From IMG/VR virus record IMGVR_UViG_3300033565_000090, positions 1-62,347 of that record: DNA of 62,347 bases; one strand, written 5' to 3'. How positions within the stretch are numbered: the stretch's first letter is position 1; the number at the start of each line of letters is the position of its first letter. The translations under genes were made by a program, and so were the position numbers. Below the pieces are notes generated by a model. The model was not told where the DNA came from, ran no database searches, and worked only from the letters and a program-made list of their open reading frames with translations. This DNA is from a virus (taxonomy: Duplodnaviria > Caudoviricetes). This document shows positions 27,784 through 37,867 of this stretch, piece by piece.

Positions 27784-28196
27784 GATTCCCCCCCGCCGAG
27801 GACTTCAAATAAAATCTCCAACCCGGTCAGGCGCCCCTGCATCGCAATGTAAACGTCAATTCCATAGCCGTTCCCCAATCCCCTCGGAATATTTAGGCGG
27901 CGTGGCAGTTTGGGGCCCTCTTGAGCAAACAGGGTTCCCCAGGCCACGAGCCGCTCCTGGATCCAAACCATCACAAAAGCCACACCAGCCCCGTTGATCT
28001 CCACGGCCTCATATCGCTTCATCACCCCTGGGTCTGGCTTGCTCATTGGCCCGGTTCGTATCACAAACGGTATTTTTTCGCCTTCATCGAATGATAGTTC
28101 GCTCAGGAATTGGGAATTATTCACATCATCAATGATCCCAGCCAAAGAGTTATCCCTGGATAGCTGGCACTTCTGTAATTTTAGAGTACTAAACAT
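27780..28196 (-). CDS. Tail protein; resembles a detached C-terminal domain of the upstream nozzle/stabilisation protein
   Basis: FDEGEKIPFVIRTG...RRLNIPRG...IDVYI pattern; AT-rich 5' end. Confidence 0.5.
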   Translation of the reverse strand: MFSTLKLQKCQLSRDNSLAGIIDDVNNSQFLSELSFDEGEKIPFVIRTGPMSKPDPGVMKRYEAVEINGAGVAFVMVWIQERLVAWGTLFAQEGPKLPRRLNIPRGLGNGYGIDVYIAMQGRLTGLEILFEVLGGGES

Positions 28197-28212
28197 GAAA
28201 TACTCCGATCAC

Positions 28213-31200
28213 CTATTGAATCGATTCAGACTCTCCGTATGTCTTAATTTTAACATCGTCTATCCAAAGCTCTGGAGCGGAAGTATTCAGTTTTTCAAAG
28301 TGTTTAATTTTGCCGTCATCCTGGATATATGACCATATACTGTAAGGCGTTTCTGCCATTACGTCAGACGGCTTTATGCAGAAAAAGTCGGAACACATAT
28401 CAAAGCTCGATTGGTCTGCCCGCTTATAGACGCCAAGCTCGCCACCTCTGCCCCACACCCCGACTAACGCAGCATTTTTCAGTGGGTTATTGATATTGAT
28501 GGCAGATAGCGTGTCCGGGCTCTTTGCAGCCTGGACGGAACCGCCAGAGACAAATCTTGTTGTCGTGGCCTCCCGATAATCCTCAATGTTGGATGGATTG
28601 AACAATAGGCCTCGCACCTTCATTGTAAAATTGTTGGTGGCAAAACTAGGAAGGCCAAAAGACACCGTAGTATTTAGGTCTGGTACAAAACCTGAATATT
28701 GCGATAACCCAGCACTATACCAATCATTATTTGAATTCGCTTGAATAGATATTGGTGCGTTTACTCCAGTGAGAACAGACCCGATACTTGTTTGGATCTC
28801 ATGATGAAAAGATTGCACCTTGGTTAAATTTATATATGAAGGGTCTGAAGTGATATAAAGCGTCCCAATCCTTGGCCTCACTACCTCCGTCACGGTCACC
28901 CCTGACCACCCGCTTCGGTAGGGCATCATCAGGAGGTTTGACTTAACTGTTGAAGACTCGACCATGAAGGCCGTGCCCATCGGTGGAATATGCGACCAGG
29001 TGACTAGCCCTGAATAAGTTGCGCCCACTGAGGTAGAGTCCGTGGCGAACATCTGATTGCTATAGAAAACGTAGTTGCTTGCCAGGGTAATGAAACCCAG
29101 GTCAGGCCACGGGTTTGAGCCTACGGGCGCAAGCGTTTCCTCAAGAGAAAACGAATCTTCGCGCATAACAGAGAATACGCCCTGCTTGTCTTCTCCGGGA
29201 CCGATGGACTCAAGCACCCACTCCTTGATATGGAGAGCATTGCCAGCTCTCCCGGTGGGGCCAACCACCGCGCTAATGTAGAATTTCCCGTCATCGACGA
29301 ATAGCTGGCAATTCAAGTCCGAAAGTTCACTGGCGATGCTGTCCACCTTGCAGTATCGATAGAAAGTTCCATCCTTCGGGTCATTAAGGTTGCGCCGCTG
29401 GATTTCAAGCACTTGATCAGGAGTGGACCCAATAGGCTGGTCTGCTTTCTTAAGTTTGAGAGTATATAGCCAGCCGTCATCAATGTTTGGAATAGGATTA
29501 TCTGGATCATCCATATCGTTATTAAGCCCACCATCCACGTTCAAAAGGATGAAGGCCTTGTCAGTGGATGAGACGTGAGCATGGCTGGGACGAAGCCCAA
29601 GATGAAAAACCGGGTACCCCGCTTCGCTCCTACGGGTCGTATCAACCATGATGGTTCCGTGCCTTCCGAACCTCGAGCCCGTGAAATAGATGTAGTAGCG
29701 ACCCCGCCAGTAGAAGCTCCTGATGTCCTCGAGAACTCCGTTGATGGGAAGTGTTTCGTCGATCATGCGTTCCCGCTGCTGACCATCTGCAGACGGAAGC
29801 TCTCGCGTGCATTTCGCCCAGGCAGCAGCAGATCGGGTGGGGATCCACCACCCGGGCCATCCATCCTCACTTGTGGATGAGGCGGATGAGAACAGAGACG
29901 GGTCTATGCGGTGGGCGGTAATGGGTACGGAGGTATTGATATCAGCCTGGAAGGCCATGAGCCCCCGAGAGGACGAATACATCAACCCAGCCGCCGTGTG
30001 CTGCACGCTGTTCGGCGCGTTGCAGCCGTCCCTCGCGGCGGTCATCGAGAAGGACATATTGGCAGGGTCGGTTCCATCGAATCGCCCGATGCCATTGGGG
30101 AGAAGAACCACCAGCGCGCCGGCATAGGAGGCCAGCGCCACGGGCGGGAAAGGGAAGTCCCGCCTAAAGGCCTTGGGAAAGGCGTCTGGGCGGTTTACTG
30201 GGCCCCAGACCACGGCATTGTCCACGATGCCCCACAGGCAACTATTGTGCAGGGTCGGGTGACGGAATCCGCGGGGCGGCGGCTCGAACTCCACGGCCAC
30301 CGGGCCCTCGGGTGTTTGGGCATAGTAGGCCGATGGGCAAGTCACCGATAGGGCCCATACAGGTTTCCCATCGATCACCTCTGTCTGCTCGATGGGGTAT
30401 ACCCCCTGCTGAAGAGGAACCCCACCCGTGGTTCCACTCTGGACGTAGAGCGCCCATTGCTTCACGAACCGGAAGGCCTCGCCCGTGGCGGAATACCTGC
30501 GCGTGCTCGAGGTTGCATCATCAACCTCTGTCAAGACCTCGATATAGAACTCGTCGGCATTCGCCACCCGCGAGACCACATGAGGCCCGTCGATTTCCTC
30601 ATATCCTGAAAAGGAAAGCAGATCTCCCTTGGCGTGGCCATGCGCGGTCTGGACGATGCGTGTCTCTACGGGCTTTGCGATACCCCCAAACCCCATGGGT
30701 GCCTGGGCCGCGAGCTCCGGGTACCACACCATGGAGGGGTCGTCTGCGATGTGGAATACACGATTGCGCGATCCATTAGAGACCGGGGTCGGGCGCGCGG
30801 CATCACCCACGGAAGGTCGGAAATCCAGGAACTGCACCGTAGCCGGAAGCGTAGCGATCCACTTGTCATCCAGGTAGACGTGGAATCCATCGGCGTCACC
30901 AGATGAAGGGCTCCAGCGGAGGGATGCCAGTCCATGGGTTGTGGTGATGGTCGAAGACGAGGAAGGCAGGGACTCAGCCGGCGCACCTCCAAAGCACGCC
31001 CCCCATCCAGAGCCACGGAACGCTGTGACCTTGGCGACAACCTGAGTGCCTACAGGGATCAATCCAGGATCCCCCACGCTCACAATCGTCGGCGAGTTCC
31101 CTTCTACGATCGTTGGAATGGGGGTGGAACCGGATGCGGGTCCAATCTGGGCACTGAGCTTGTCCGCGCTCACCTGGCAATTCAGAACGCCGTTAACGTA

Positions 31201-32535
31201 GATATTGAACCCTTGGGTGCGCTCATTCTCCCCAGCCGTCCACCGAACAAGGGCCTGCATTGATGCGTTCGTCGTGAAGGAAACGATGCTCGATGGGGCC
31301 GTTTCGTGAGGAATATCCACGTAGGTCGGATTCCCATATTCATCCAGCGGGCCCTCCCCCGTTTCAATCCAGGTCGCAGAAACTCGCACGTTCAGCGTCG
31401 TGCCAGAGGCCCAAAGCGGGACGGTCTCTGCAGAAAACCCCGTGATCGTGGGTGCGGCAAGCTCCGAGTCGAACAGAGTGGCCGTGAAAACCTGCTTGGC
31501 CGTGTGTTCACTCGGCGCCGCCTTCTTCTGGACGATCCCGACCTCATCCCCTTGGGCGAGGGCGTGAACCGTTTTTGTGGTGATGATGCGGCGCCGGAAA
31601 ACGGGAGAGAGCATGGACCCACACATTTCCAGGGGTGTTGCGGTCTTGTAGGCCGCTGCACCCAAGACCGATGTGCCGCTTTCCATCCCCTCGAACTGAG
31701 GGTTGCGAGTTATCCTCCGCACGCCACTGGTGTTGATTTGCCCGGTCAACGGGCTCGGGCCGCTCTCATCGATATGCCCGTTCACGTCACGAATGAACGT
31801 GTGGAAGTAGTAATAAACATCCTGGGCATCCAGGTTTGACGCGTACTCACCGTGTGGTGAAAGGCTTCCGTCATCGATGAACTGGGACATCTCAGGTGCC
31901 AGTTCTTCCAGGATCTGCTCCTTCCCGGATGTGCGGCCGTAAATCACCACCTTGACCACGGCCTCCAACTTGGGCGCGCTCCACTGAAGAATGGCGGTCC
32001 TGTTTTTCGGGATGGCGATGGTGATGGCGGGTCCAGGAGGGAGGAGCCCTTCTGCTGTCCGATAGCCGATACGGTAGGTGGCTGAAGTGCTGTCCTCCTG
32101 GAAAGCACTGCCTACGGGCCCCAGCGCAAGGGTCAAGCCGGGGGGCTCGGTCGATACCCCTTTGTCCACGGTCACAGGAGCCAAGGGGCGTGGAAGGCCG
32201 AGGGGTGCCGCCACGCCATCAATGATCTTCATCGGGATCTTGCCTTCGCCCGGCGCATAGCCCGACTCGGTGTAGTAGAGGCGTTCCTGACGGCCTACAA
32301 ATTCAGCCGCCCACACGCGATGTTCCGACGAGAACCACCATTTCCCACGGTACTCAAAGACATGCTTTGTTCCAGGTGGGACTTCCCGGCGAAAGACGGG
32401 AGCTCGATAAGAGGAGGCCGCGAACGCGGAAACGTCCGCATTATCCACCATCACGGCGAATCCATCCCCAAGCAGACTCGGGTCCACGATGGCACTGATT
32501 CCCTTGGTGAAGTCCACTCGGAAGGATCGAGACAT
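28213..32535 (-). CDS. Tail nozzle/head-stabilisation-like protein with low-GC C-terminal extension
   Basis: 1440 aa; FTKGISAIVDPSLL N-terminus, Fn3-like repeats, beta-propeller-like NRPDAFP...GCNAPNSV...YSSSRGL region. Confidence 0.7.
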   Translation of the reverse strand: MSRSFRVDFTKGISAIVDPSLLGDGFAVMVDNADVSAFAASSYRAPVFRREVPPGTKHVFEYRGKWWFSSEHRVWAAEFVGRQERLYYTESGYAPGEGKIPMKIIDGVAAPLGLPRPLAPVTVDKGVSTEPPGLTLALGPVGSAFQEDSTSATYRIGYRTAEGLLPPGPAITIAIPKNRTAILQWSAPKLEAVVKVVIYGRTSGKEQILEELAPEMSQFIDDGSLSPHGEYASNLDAQDVYYYFHTFIRDVNGHIDESGPSPLTGQINTSGVRRITRNPQFEGMESGTSVLGAAAYKTATPLEMCGSMLSPVFRRRIITTKTVHALAQGDEVGIVQKKAAPSEHTAKQVFTATLFDSELAAPTITGFSAETVPLWASGTTLNVRVSATWIETGEGPLDEYGNPTYVDIPHETAPSSIVSFTTNASMQALVRWTAGENERTQGFNIYVNGVLNCQVSADKLSAQIGPASGSTPIPTIVEGNSPTIVSVGDPGLIPVGTQVVAKVTAFRGSGWGACFGGAPAESLPSSSSTITTTHGLASLRWSPSSGDADGFHVYLDDKWIATLPATVQFLDFRPSVGDAARPTPVSNGSRNRVFHIADDPSMVWYPELAAQAPMGFGGIAKPVETRIVQTAHGHAKGDLLSFSGYEEIDGPHVVSRVANADEFYIEVLTEVDDATSSTRRYSATGEAFRFVKQWALYVQSGTTGGVPLQQGVYPIEQTEVIDGKPVWALSVTCPSAYYAQTPEGPVAVEFEPPPRGFRHPTLHNSCLWGIVDNAVVWGPVNRPDAFPKAFRRDFPFPPVALASYAGALVVLLPNGIGRFDGTDPANMSFSMTAARDGCNAPNSVQHTAAGLMYSSSRGLMAFQADINTSVPITAHRIDPSLFSSASSTSEDGWPGWWIPTRSAAAWAKCTRELPSADGQQRERMIDETLPINGVLEDIRSFYWRGRYYIYFTGSRFGRHGTIMVDTTRRSEAGYPVFHLGLRPSHAHVSSTDKAFILLNVDGGLNNDMDDPDNPIPNIDDGWLYTLKLKKADQPIGSTPDQVLEIQRRNLNDPKDGTFYRYCKVDSIASELSDLNCQLFVDDGKFYISAVVGPTGRAGNALHIKEWVLESIGPGEDKQGVFSVMREDSFSLEETLAPVGSNPWPDLGFITLASNYVFYSNQMFATDSTSVGATYSGLVTWSHIPPMGTAFMVESSTVKSNLLMMPYRSGWSGVTVTEVVRPRIGTLYITSDPSYINLTKVQSFHHEIQTSIGSVLTGVNAPISIQANSNNDWYSAGLSQYSGFVPDLNTTVSFGLPSFATNNFTMKVRGLLFNPSNIEDYREATTTRFVSGGSVQAAKSPDTLSAININNPLKNAALVGVWGRGGELGVYKRADQSSFDMCSDFFCIKPSDVMAETPYSIWSYIQDDGKIKHFEKLNTSAPELWIDDVKIKTYGESESIQ

Positions 32536-32538
32536 GGC

Positions 32539-33186
32539 CTATCTCTTACAGATGATGATGTAGTTGATTTGGCTTTGGCCGGCCTCGTGAACGTACCCAC
32601 CGCCGCTCCATTTCGAGGATGCGACGAGGTTCGCGTCTACGCTGCACGTCATGTTGTATTGGAACGCGACATAGGGGTGATTGGAGCCAACCATGGATTT
32701 AATGGAGGGCAACACCCCCCACACCTCCGATTTGCTGGCTCGCGTGTTGTCCGCGTAGGTTGGGAGCGGTATGGTGGCCCCGTCCTGGACGGTGCCAAAG
32801 CCGATGGCCATGTTGTTTCCGACCGTCACATTTCCAGACGTGCCCCCCATCTTCCCGGAGATGTAGTTCTCGAGGACGGACCTAAGATCCTCTAGCTGGG
32901 TCGAAATCCATTGCTTGTCCGCGAGATCCACATCATTGAGCGTGGCCGTGCCCGTGAATGCAGGGTTGTGGGAATGGCACAACCCATGAGCACCGCCAAT
33001 GGGCCCGAGCATCGACCCGCCTTCTAAGTGAAGGTGGTGGAAATTGGGCAGCTCCCACTCCCCAACGTAGTTCCATGTGAGGTCCAATTTTCGGATGTAG
33101 GCCTTCCCGTTGTCGTGAAGCCAAGTCGTCCCCGGCGTCAGATCCGAAGGCTCACTTGCTTGCTGATACGTCTTTGCTTCGGACAT
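32539..33186 (-). CDS. Minor tail/fibre-like structural protein
   Basis: PGTTWL N-terminal motif, PAFTGT, and C-terminal GTVQDGATIPLP...NYIIICK. Confidence 0.6.
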   Translation of the reverse strand: MSEAKTYQQASEPSDLTPGTTWLHDNGKAYIRKLDLTWNYVGEWELPNFHHLHLEGGSMLGPIGGAHGLCHSHNPAFTGTATLNDVDLADKQWISTQLEDLRSVLENYISGKMGGTSGNVTVGNNMAIGFGTVQDGATIPLPTYADNTRASKSEVWGVLPSIKSMVGSNHPYVAFQYNMTCSVDANLVASSKWSGGGYVHEAGQSQINYIIICKR

Positions 33187-33532
33187 CGGGGGCTCCGATC
33201 AGTTGCATGAAGTCCTGGAGGTATTTGTTGGCCTTGGCGACATCCTTCTTGGGGCCGTCCTTGGTCAGCAGCAGATAGAGCGCGGCGAGGGGTAGGTGCG
33301 CGTGGTGCGCCTCCGGGATCCGCACGTCCGGGGTGCCCGTAGGGCTGGCCAACAGAAGCGGGTCGGGAGCGGACAGGAACCCCACTATTGGCGTCAGGCC
33401 AGCCATGGGGGGGCAGAACTGCATCCGGTTCCCATCCAGCCCCATGACCTTGGTGGGGTAGCCTGTCTCTGACCTCCAGGAGGGATTCCGGAAGTCCTCG
33501 GCGGCCTTGGTTGTCATGTCCAGAACAGGCAT
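33152..33532 (-). CDS. Head-tail adaptor, C-terminal half
   Basis: NPSWRSETGYP, QFCPP, IPEAHHAHLPLAALYLLLTKD and ANKYLQDF match the C-half of podovirus adaptor proteins. Confidence 0.6.
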   Translation of the reverse strand: MPVLDMTTKAAEDFRNPSWRSETGYPTKVMGLDGNRMQFCPPMAGLTPIVGFLSAPDPLLLASPTGTPDVRIPEAHHAHLPLAALYLLLTKDGPKKDVAKANKYLQDFMQLIGAPDVRSKDVSASK

Positions 33533-33541
33533 CAGATCCCC

Positions 33542-34045
33542 CTAAGTCAGAACTACATCGCTCTGCGCCGTCGCCACTTGACCGGACAGAGAGACGATGC
33601 AGCACACCGTCGCCACACTCCCTGGGACGGCCATGCTGGTGAAGGTGATCGCATTCGTGCCCTGCCCCGTCTTGATGGTTCCACCGGCCACGTTCCAGAA
33701 GTAGGAGGCTCCAGGCTGAAGGGGGACACTGGCCACAACGTCCGAGTTGTTCGGCGCCGAGACAACAACCGCCAGGGTCGCCACCGGGGCGCTCCGGGCC
33801 ATCTCGGGGATGTTGACGCGCTCGACCCGGATGAACCCCGCAGGCACCGTGAAGATGCCTGCGGCATCGCTGGGGGCGGCGGAAGCGGCATCCTCATAGG
33901 TGCAGTGGGTGACCTCCGCGTAGCGATTCTGGGCCCAGTTGAGGGCCAGCACGATCTCGTCATCCTCCCAGGCCGTGGAGTTCCCCTCGAACTTAGGGTC
34001 TCCCGCAAGGCTCCGGGTTAGGTCGATGAGGGCCTGAAGATCCAC
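33542..34045 (-). CDS. Head-tail adaptor N-terminal half fused to an Ig/PKD-like domain
   Basis: WEDDEIVLALNWAQ...FTVPAGFIRVERV followed by GASYFWNVAGGTIKTGQGTNAITFT. Confidence 0.6.
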   Translation of the reverse strand: MDLQALIDLTRSLAGDPKFEGNSTAWEDDEIVLALNWAQNRYAEVTHCTYEDAASAAPSDAAGIFTVPAGFIRVERVNIPEMARSAPVATLAVVVSAPNNSDVVASVPLQPGASYFWNVAGGTIKTGQGTNAITFTSMAVPGSVATVCCIVSLSGQVATAQSDVVLT

Positions 34046-34048
34046 GGT

Positions 34049-34687
34049 TCACCCCTCGAAAGGAAGAAAGTCGAAGATGGAGCGGTTCCCGCTGTCCCCG
34101 TTCTCGCTCGAGGCGCGCAGCCCTGTGAGCTCGTCGATGTAGACCCCATTGGCGACCAGGGAGGCACGCGGGTCACGATCCTGAAGCAGGATGTAGCGGG
34201 CGTAGGCGATAATCGCGTTCTCGGCACCGGTGGAGATATCGAAGGTCTCGGGCTGGGAAGACCTCAAGGGCGCCCACGAATACTGAATCCGGATCGGGTA
34301 GACCTGATCCGCGGGATCCTGGAAGTTGAGAAGATCCCCCCGAAGGCCCCACGCAAGCGGAGCCTGAGGTACACGGCTCTCCGGGTGGATGCCCTGCTCT
34401 TCCAAGTAGACCGGCGCAATTTCGCCCAGTTTCACCCAGTCCGAACTGTTCAGCGGGTCTCGCCGGTAGACCTGGTTCACCCGGGTCAACTCCCGGCCCG
34501 TCGGGGTCGGAACCTTCAATGTGCTCTGCCCAGCCGCGAGGGTTGCGAACACGGTCTCCCGTAGGAGGTTGGCGTCTCGGCATACCTGGATGGCGGCGTC
34601 GATGAGGGCCGCCCGGATGGCGCCGGGAAGAATGTCGGAGCGGGACGTGACCCGTGGGTACAACTCTCGAAGGATGATCCCGGCCAT
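34049..34687 (-). CDS. Head-tail adaptor/connector-like protein
   Basis: LYPRV...IRAALIDAAIQVCRD N-terminus; position after the capsid genes. Confidence 0.65.
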   Translation of the reverse strand: MAGIILRELYPRVTSRSDILPGAIRAALIDAAIQVCRDANLLRETVFATLAAGQSTLKVPTPTGRELTRVNQVYRRDPLNSSDWVKLGEIAPVYLEEQGIHPESRVPQAPLAWGLRGDLLNFQDPADQVYPIRIQYSWAPLRSSQPETFDISTGAENAIIAYARYILLQDRDPRASLVANGVYIDELTGLRASSENGDSGNRSIFDFLPFEG

Positions 34688-34714
34688 GTCCCGCTCCTGG
34701 TTGTGGTGCTTCGC

Positions 34715-35188
34715 CTACTCGCCGCTACCGGCGCCAGCCTCACCGCCCTTGTCCAGGGCCGGTGCGTTGGTTCCGGTGACCTTGGGTTCAGGCAGGGGTT
34801 TGACGGGGGGGTGGGGCGGGAAGGCGACTCGCTTCATCACCTCGGCCTCCTTCTCCTTCTCGCCCGCGATCTGGTCGATGAGCGTGGCGCGGCCCTGCCC
34901 CTCGTCCTTGATCCCGTAGAAGGTGGCGATATCAGCCACGCGCTCCCGGCTCATCACCACCATGTCCTTGAGCTCGATCTGGGACAGGTCGGCCTGCTGT
35001 TCCTCTTCGGTGTAGATCGTCTCGCGCCGGATCTCGTAGCTGGCGGCATCGGTAAGGGCGGCCTCCACGATGCGCTCCCACTGGGTGCCATCTTCGAAGT
35101 CACTGGGCTTGAGCACCCTGGGCTTCCCGGTGCTGAGTTCGATGCTCTTGAGGCAAACGATTTCCTTGATGACCTTGCTTTCGTTCAT
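34715..35188 (-). CDS. Hypothetical head-region protein
   Basis: 157-aa ORF with GGAGGG SD within the late operon. Confidence 0.65.
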   Translation of the reverse strand: MNESKVIKEIVCLKSIELSTGKPRVLKPSDFEDGTQWERIVEAALTDAASYEIRRETIYTEEEQQADLSQIELKDMVVMSRERVADIATFYGIKDEGQGRATLIDQIAGEKEKEAEVMKRVAFPPHPPVKPLPEPKVTGTNAPALDKGGEAGAGSGE

Positions 35189-35206
35189 GGCTTACCCCTC
35201 CGGGGG

Positions 35207-35237
35207 AAAAGTGGGGGGGGGGTGGTGTCACCCCCCC
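35207..35237 (-). terminator. Rho-independent terminator after the capsid/decoration genes
   Basis: Minus strand GGGGGGGTG-ACAC-CACCCCCCC followed shortly by TTTT. Confidence 0.55.
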
Positions 35238-35252
35238 GGGGTTGGGCGAGTA

Positions 35253-35708
35253 CTAGTAGTTGGCGAGCTGGTCCACCGGGAAGGCCACGCGGAGCTTGCC
35301 CTTAGTGGGGAGGGTGGCGCCGATGAGGACGTTCACCTTCACATCCGCGGTGAGCAGCTTGGGAACGCTGGTGGTCTGCCCGAAGAACGCCGCAGCGGCC
35401 ACAGAGGGAATGCTGATCTCGCCCTGGGTGTCGATGCCATGCCCGGACGTGATGACCACGGCGCCATCGGTCTGGATGGTGAGGTCGCTGGCACCGACCT
35501 GGGAAGCCTCCAAGGTCTCGACGAGGCAGGGGCTGACCAACATCCCCTTCTTGAGGGTGCCGAGGGTCAGGATGTCCGCCGCGGCCAGCGCGGGGAAAGC
35601 CTTCTTCGCGTCGGCGAAGTCCAGCTCGAAGCTGTTGACGCCAGTGTGGGCGCCGCCCTGCATCTGGACGCCAGGCGCAGAACCGAAAGAGTAATCGAAA
35701 GTCGCCAT
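35253..35708 (-). CDS. Putative capsid decoration protein
   Basis: 151-aa beta-rich protein directly after the major capsid gene. Confidence 0.6.
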   Translation of the reverse strand: MATFDYSFGSAPGVQMQGGAHTGVNSFELDFADAKKAFPALAAADILTLGTLKKGMLVSPCLVETLEASQVGASDLTIQTDGAVVITSGHGIDTQGEISIPSVAAAAFFGQTTSVPKLLTADVKVNVLIGATLPTKGKLRVAFPVDQLANY

Positions 35709-35791
35709 TTGAAACTCCTGATTTCAGTTGGTGGAGGTGGGGAGAGGACCGGATGCAGGGGGCGGAGCGAATCCACCCCCTGCGGGTTCCG

Positions 35792-36694
35792 CTAGATCGT
35801 GGGCCAGGTCACGTTGATGCAGACCAGGGCCTCGGGCTTGACGACCTCGAAGGCGTAGAGGCACATGCCGCGCACGATGTCGCCGGGGGCGTCGGGGTTG
35901 CGCAGGGTCTCCATCTTTCGGTCCATCTGCATGGCCCAGGTGATGGCCATCTTGTGGCCGATGAGCACCTGGAGGTTGCCGCCCACGTTGGGCATCTGGT
36001 TGCTGAAGTGGGTGCGAACGCCCGCAAAGGCATCGCTGGGCTTGCCACTGAGCACCGTGGACTTGGGCACACCCATTTCCTGGGCCTTGGTCTGCTGGCC
36101 GGTGCCCATCAGGTAGAACGCCTGGAAGGGGGCCACGGACCAGAGCTGGGAAGGATCCTCGATGTTGACCTTGTTCTGGCCCAGAAGCATCAGGGCCTTC
36201 ATGTAGGCCTGGAAGAACTGGTCAGCGGTGGGGTTGGCGAGGTTGAAGGTGATCCCGGCCTTGGAGTAGACCGTCTGGAGCAGGTCGGCGCACATGAACT
36301 CGTCCATGTTCTTGGTCGCGCCGTTGGTGAAGTCCGCCTGCACCTTGAGGTCGCTCTGGAGCTTCTCCACGTCCTCAAATTCCAGGGCGAAAGCCGCGGT
36401 CTTGTTGATGACGAGGGGGATGCTCTTGTACTTCGCCCGGTCCCGCTTCATGGGCTGGCCGGGGACGTAGCGCCGGATGGGGATGTCGGGGACTTCCCGG
36501 ATGTAGATGGTATCGCCGGGGCCCTTGGCTTCGTTTTCCCAATCGTTGTTGGTGATGTCCTTGAGGTAGGTCCGCTCGTAGAGCTTCACATTGAGCTTCG
36601 TGGACCAGATATCGGGGGTGGTGACGCCGGCATTGGTCTGGGCACCGCTAACGCGGGCCAATGCGGGAGTCTTCGCAAGGCTTTCCAGAGACAT
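35792..36694 (-). CDS. Major capsid protein (HK97 fold, P22-coat-like)
   Basis: PDIWSTKL, ITNNDWENE..GPGDTIYI and DIVRGMCLYAFEVVKPEAL motifs. Confidence 0.88.
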   Translation of the reverse strand: MSLESLAKTPALARVSGAQTNAGVTTPDIWSTKLNVKLYERTYLKDITNNDWENEAKGPGDTIYIREVPDIPIRRYVPGQPMKRDRAKYKSIPLVINKTAAFALEFEDVEKLQSDLKVQADFTNGATKNMDEFMCADLLQTVYSKAGITFNLANPTADQFFQAYMKALMLLGQNKVNIEDPSQLWSVAPFQAFYLMGTGQQTKAQEMGVPKSTVLSGKPSDAFAGVRTHFSNQMPNVGGNLQVLIGHKMAITWAMQMDRKMETLRNPDAPGDIVRGMCLYAFEVVKPEALVCINVTWPTI

Positions 36695-36715
36695 GATTGC
36701 TTCCTGTTTTTTGGA

Positions 36716-37798
36716 CTACCGGGAGAGGGTGTCCAAGCGAGGAGACAGGCCATACCCCGCAGAGTTCGCGGCACGCTCACCTTGTTCCATCTCCTGTTTC
36801 AGAGATGCGATCTCGGCCTCCGTGTGGAGGCTCCGGTTAACCGTGAGTTCACGGTTGATGTAGGCAAGGCGTTCTCGTGTGAGGGGCTGGGGTTCCGGCT
36901 TCCCGCCTGGCGTTGAGCTGGTCGGGATCCTCCGGGTATCGATGGCCATTTCGCCGGGGCTCGGAGCCACCTGGCGAGACGTGGGGGGCGGGGCCTGCTG
37001 GCCGGTCCGCGAGAAATCGTCGAAGATTTCAACCACTTCGAGGATGGGGTAGTTCTCGGGATTCTTGATCCGGTCCACGATGGAGTCACGAAGGTAGGAG
37101 GACTGCTTCTCCACCCAGTCGATGAACTGCGGCGATGCGACAGTAGCCCCGGCCTGGGGATACTTGGCGTAGAGCGGCGCGAGATGTTCCTTGAGGACGC
37201 TTGCGCGTTCCTCCTGGAGGCGCTGCTGCTCCGCAAACTTGATGGCGGCCTGGGACTGCTCGAGGTGGGGTTGCACCGCAACGCCAACCCTTTGCTGAAT
37301 CAGGGCCTCAAGCCCGGGGATCATGTCGGCATAGATCGACATGAACTCCTGGAGCTTCGGATCGTCTGCACTCAGGGAAGTGGGAGGGGGTTGAACCTGC
37401 GCGGCTGCGGGTGGCGCGGCACTGCCCGACGCCTGGAGATCTTCGATCTGGCGCTTCAGGTCAGCGATGGTGCGCTCTTGCTCGGCGGTCTTGCGCTGAA
37501 GGGGAGCGACCATGCCGTGCTGGCGCTGGTACAAGGATTCGTACTCCTTGACCTTGCCTTCCAGGACGGTGATCTGCTGCTTCAGGGCCTCGTCTGAGCC
37601 AGCCTGCGGTTCAGGGGTGGGGGGTCGCAGGTCGGGTGCAGCGGGCGGAACTGCTACCTGACCATCCGCGTCGGGGGGTTCCTGGCCGGGAACGCCCGCG
37701 GGAAGGTCCGAGGTAGGAGCACCTGCGGTTCCACTCTCATCTCCATTATCAAGAGATTCGAGGTAGATACGCTGTCTCTCGATTACCGCGTTTGACAC
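36716..37798 (-). CDS. Scaffolding protein
   Basis: Acidic/Pro-rich N-terminus, coiled coil, SPQFIDWV motif; between portal and capsid. Confidence 0.75.
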   Translation of the reverse strand: MSNAVIERQRIYLESLDNGDESGTAGAPTSDLPAGVPGQEPPDADGQVAVPPAAPDLRPPTPEPQAGSDEALKQQITVLEGKVKEYESLYQRQHGMVAPLQRKTAEQERTIADLKRQIEDLQASGSAAPPAAAQVQPPPTSLSADDPKLQEFMSIYADMIPGLEALIQQRVGVAVQPHLEQSQAAIKFAEQQRLQEERASVLKEHLAPLYAKYPQAGATVASPQFIDWVEKQSSYLRDSIVDRIKNPENYPILEVVEIFDDFSRTGQQAPPPTSRQVAPSPGEMAIDTRRIPTSSTPGGKPEPQPLTRERLAYINRELTVNRSLHTEAEIASLKQEMEQGERAANSAGYGLSPRLDTLSR

Positions 37799-37867
37799 AA
37801 TGCCTCCGGCATTTTTGGTTTTCTATTGACTTGATAACAAAAGCCATTTTTGGCTTTCGTTATTGAT

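Noticed and set aside
26269-33186. Diversity-generating retroelement or invertible tail cassette
   Set aside because: No reverse transcriptase, invertase or template/variable repeat pair was seen.
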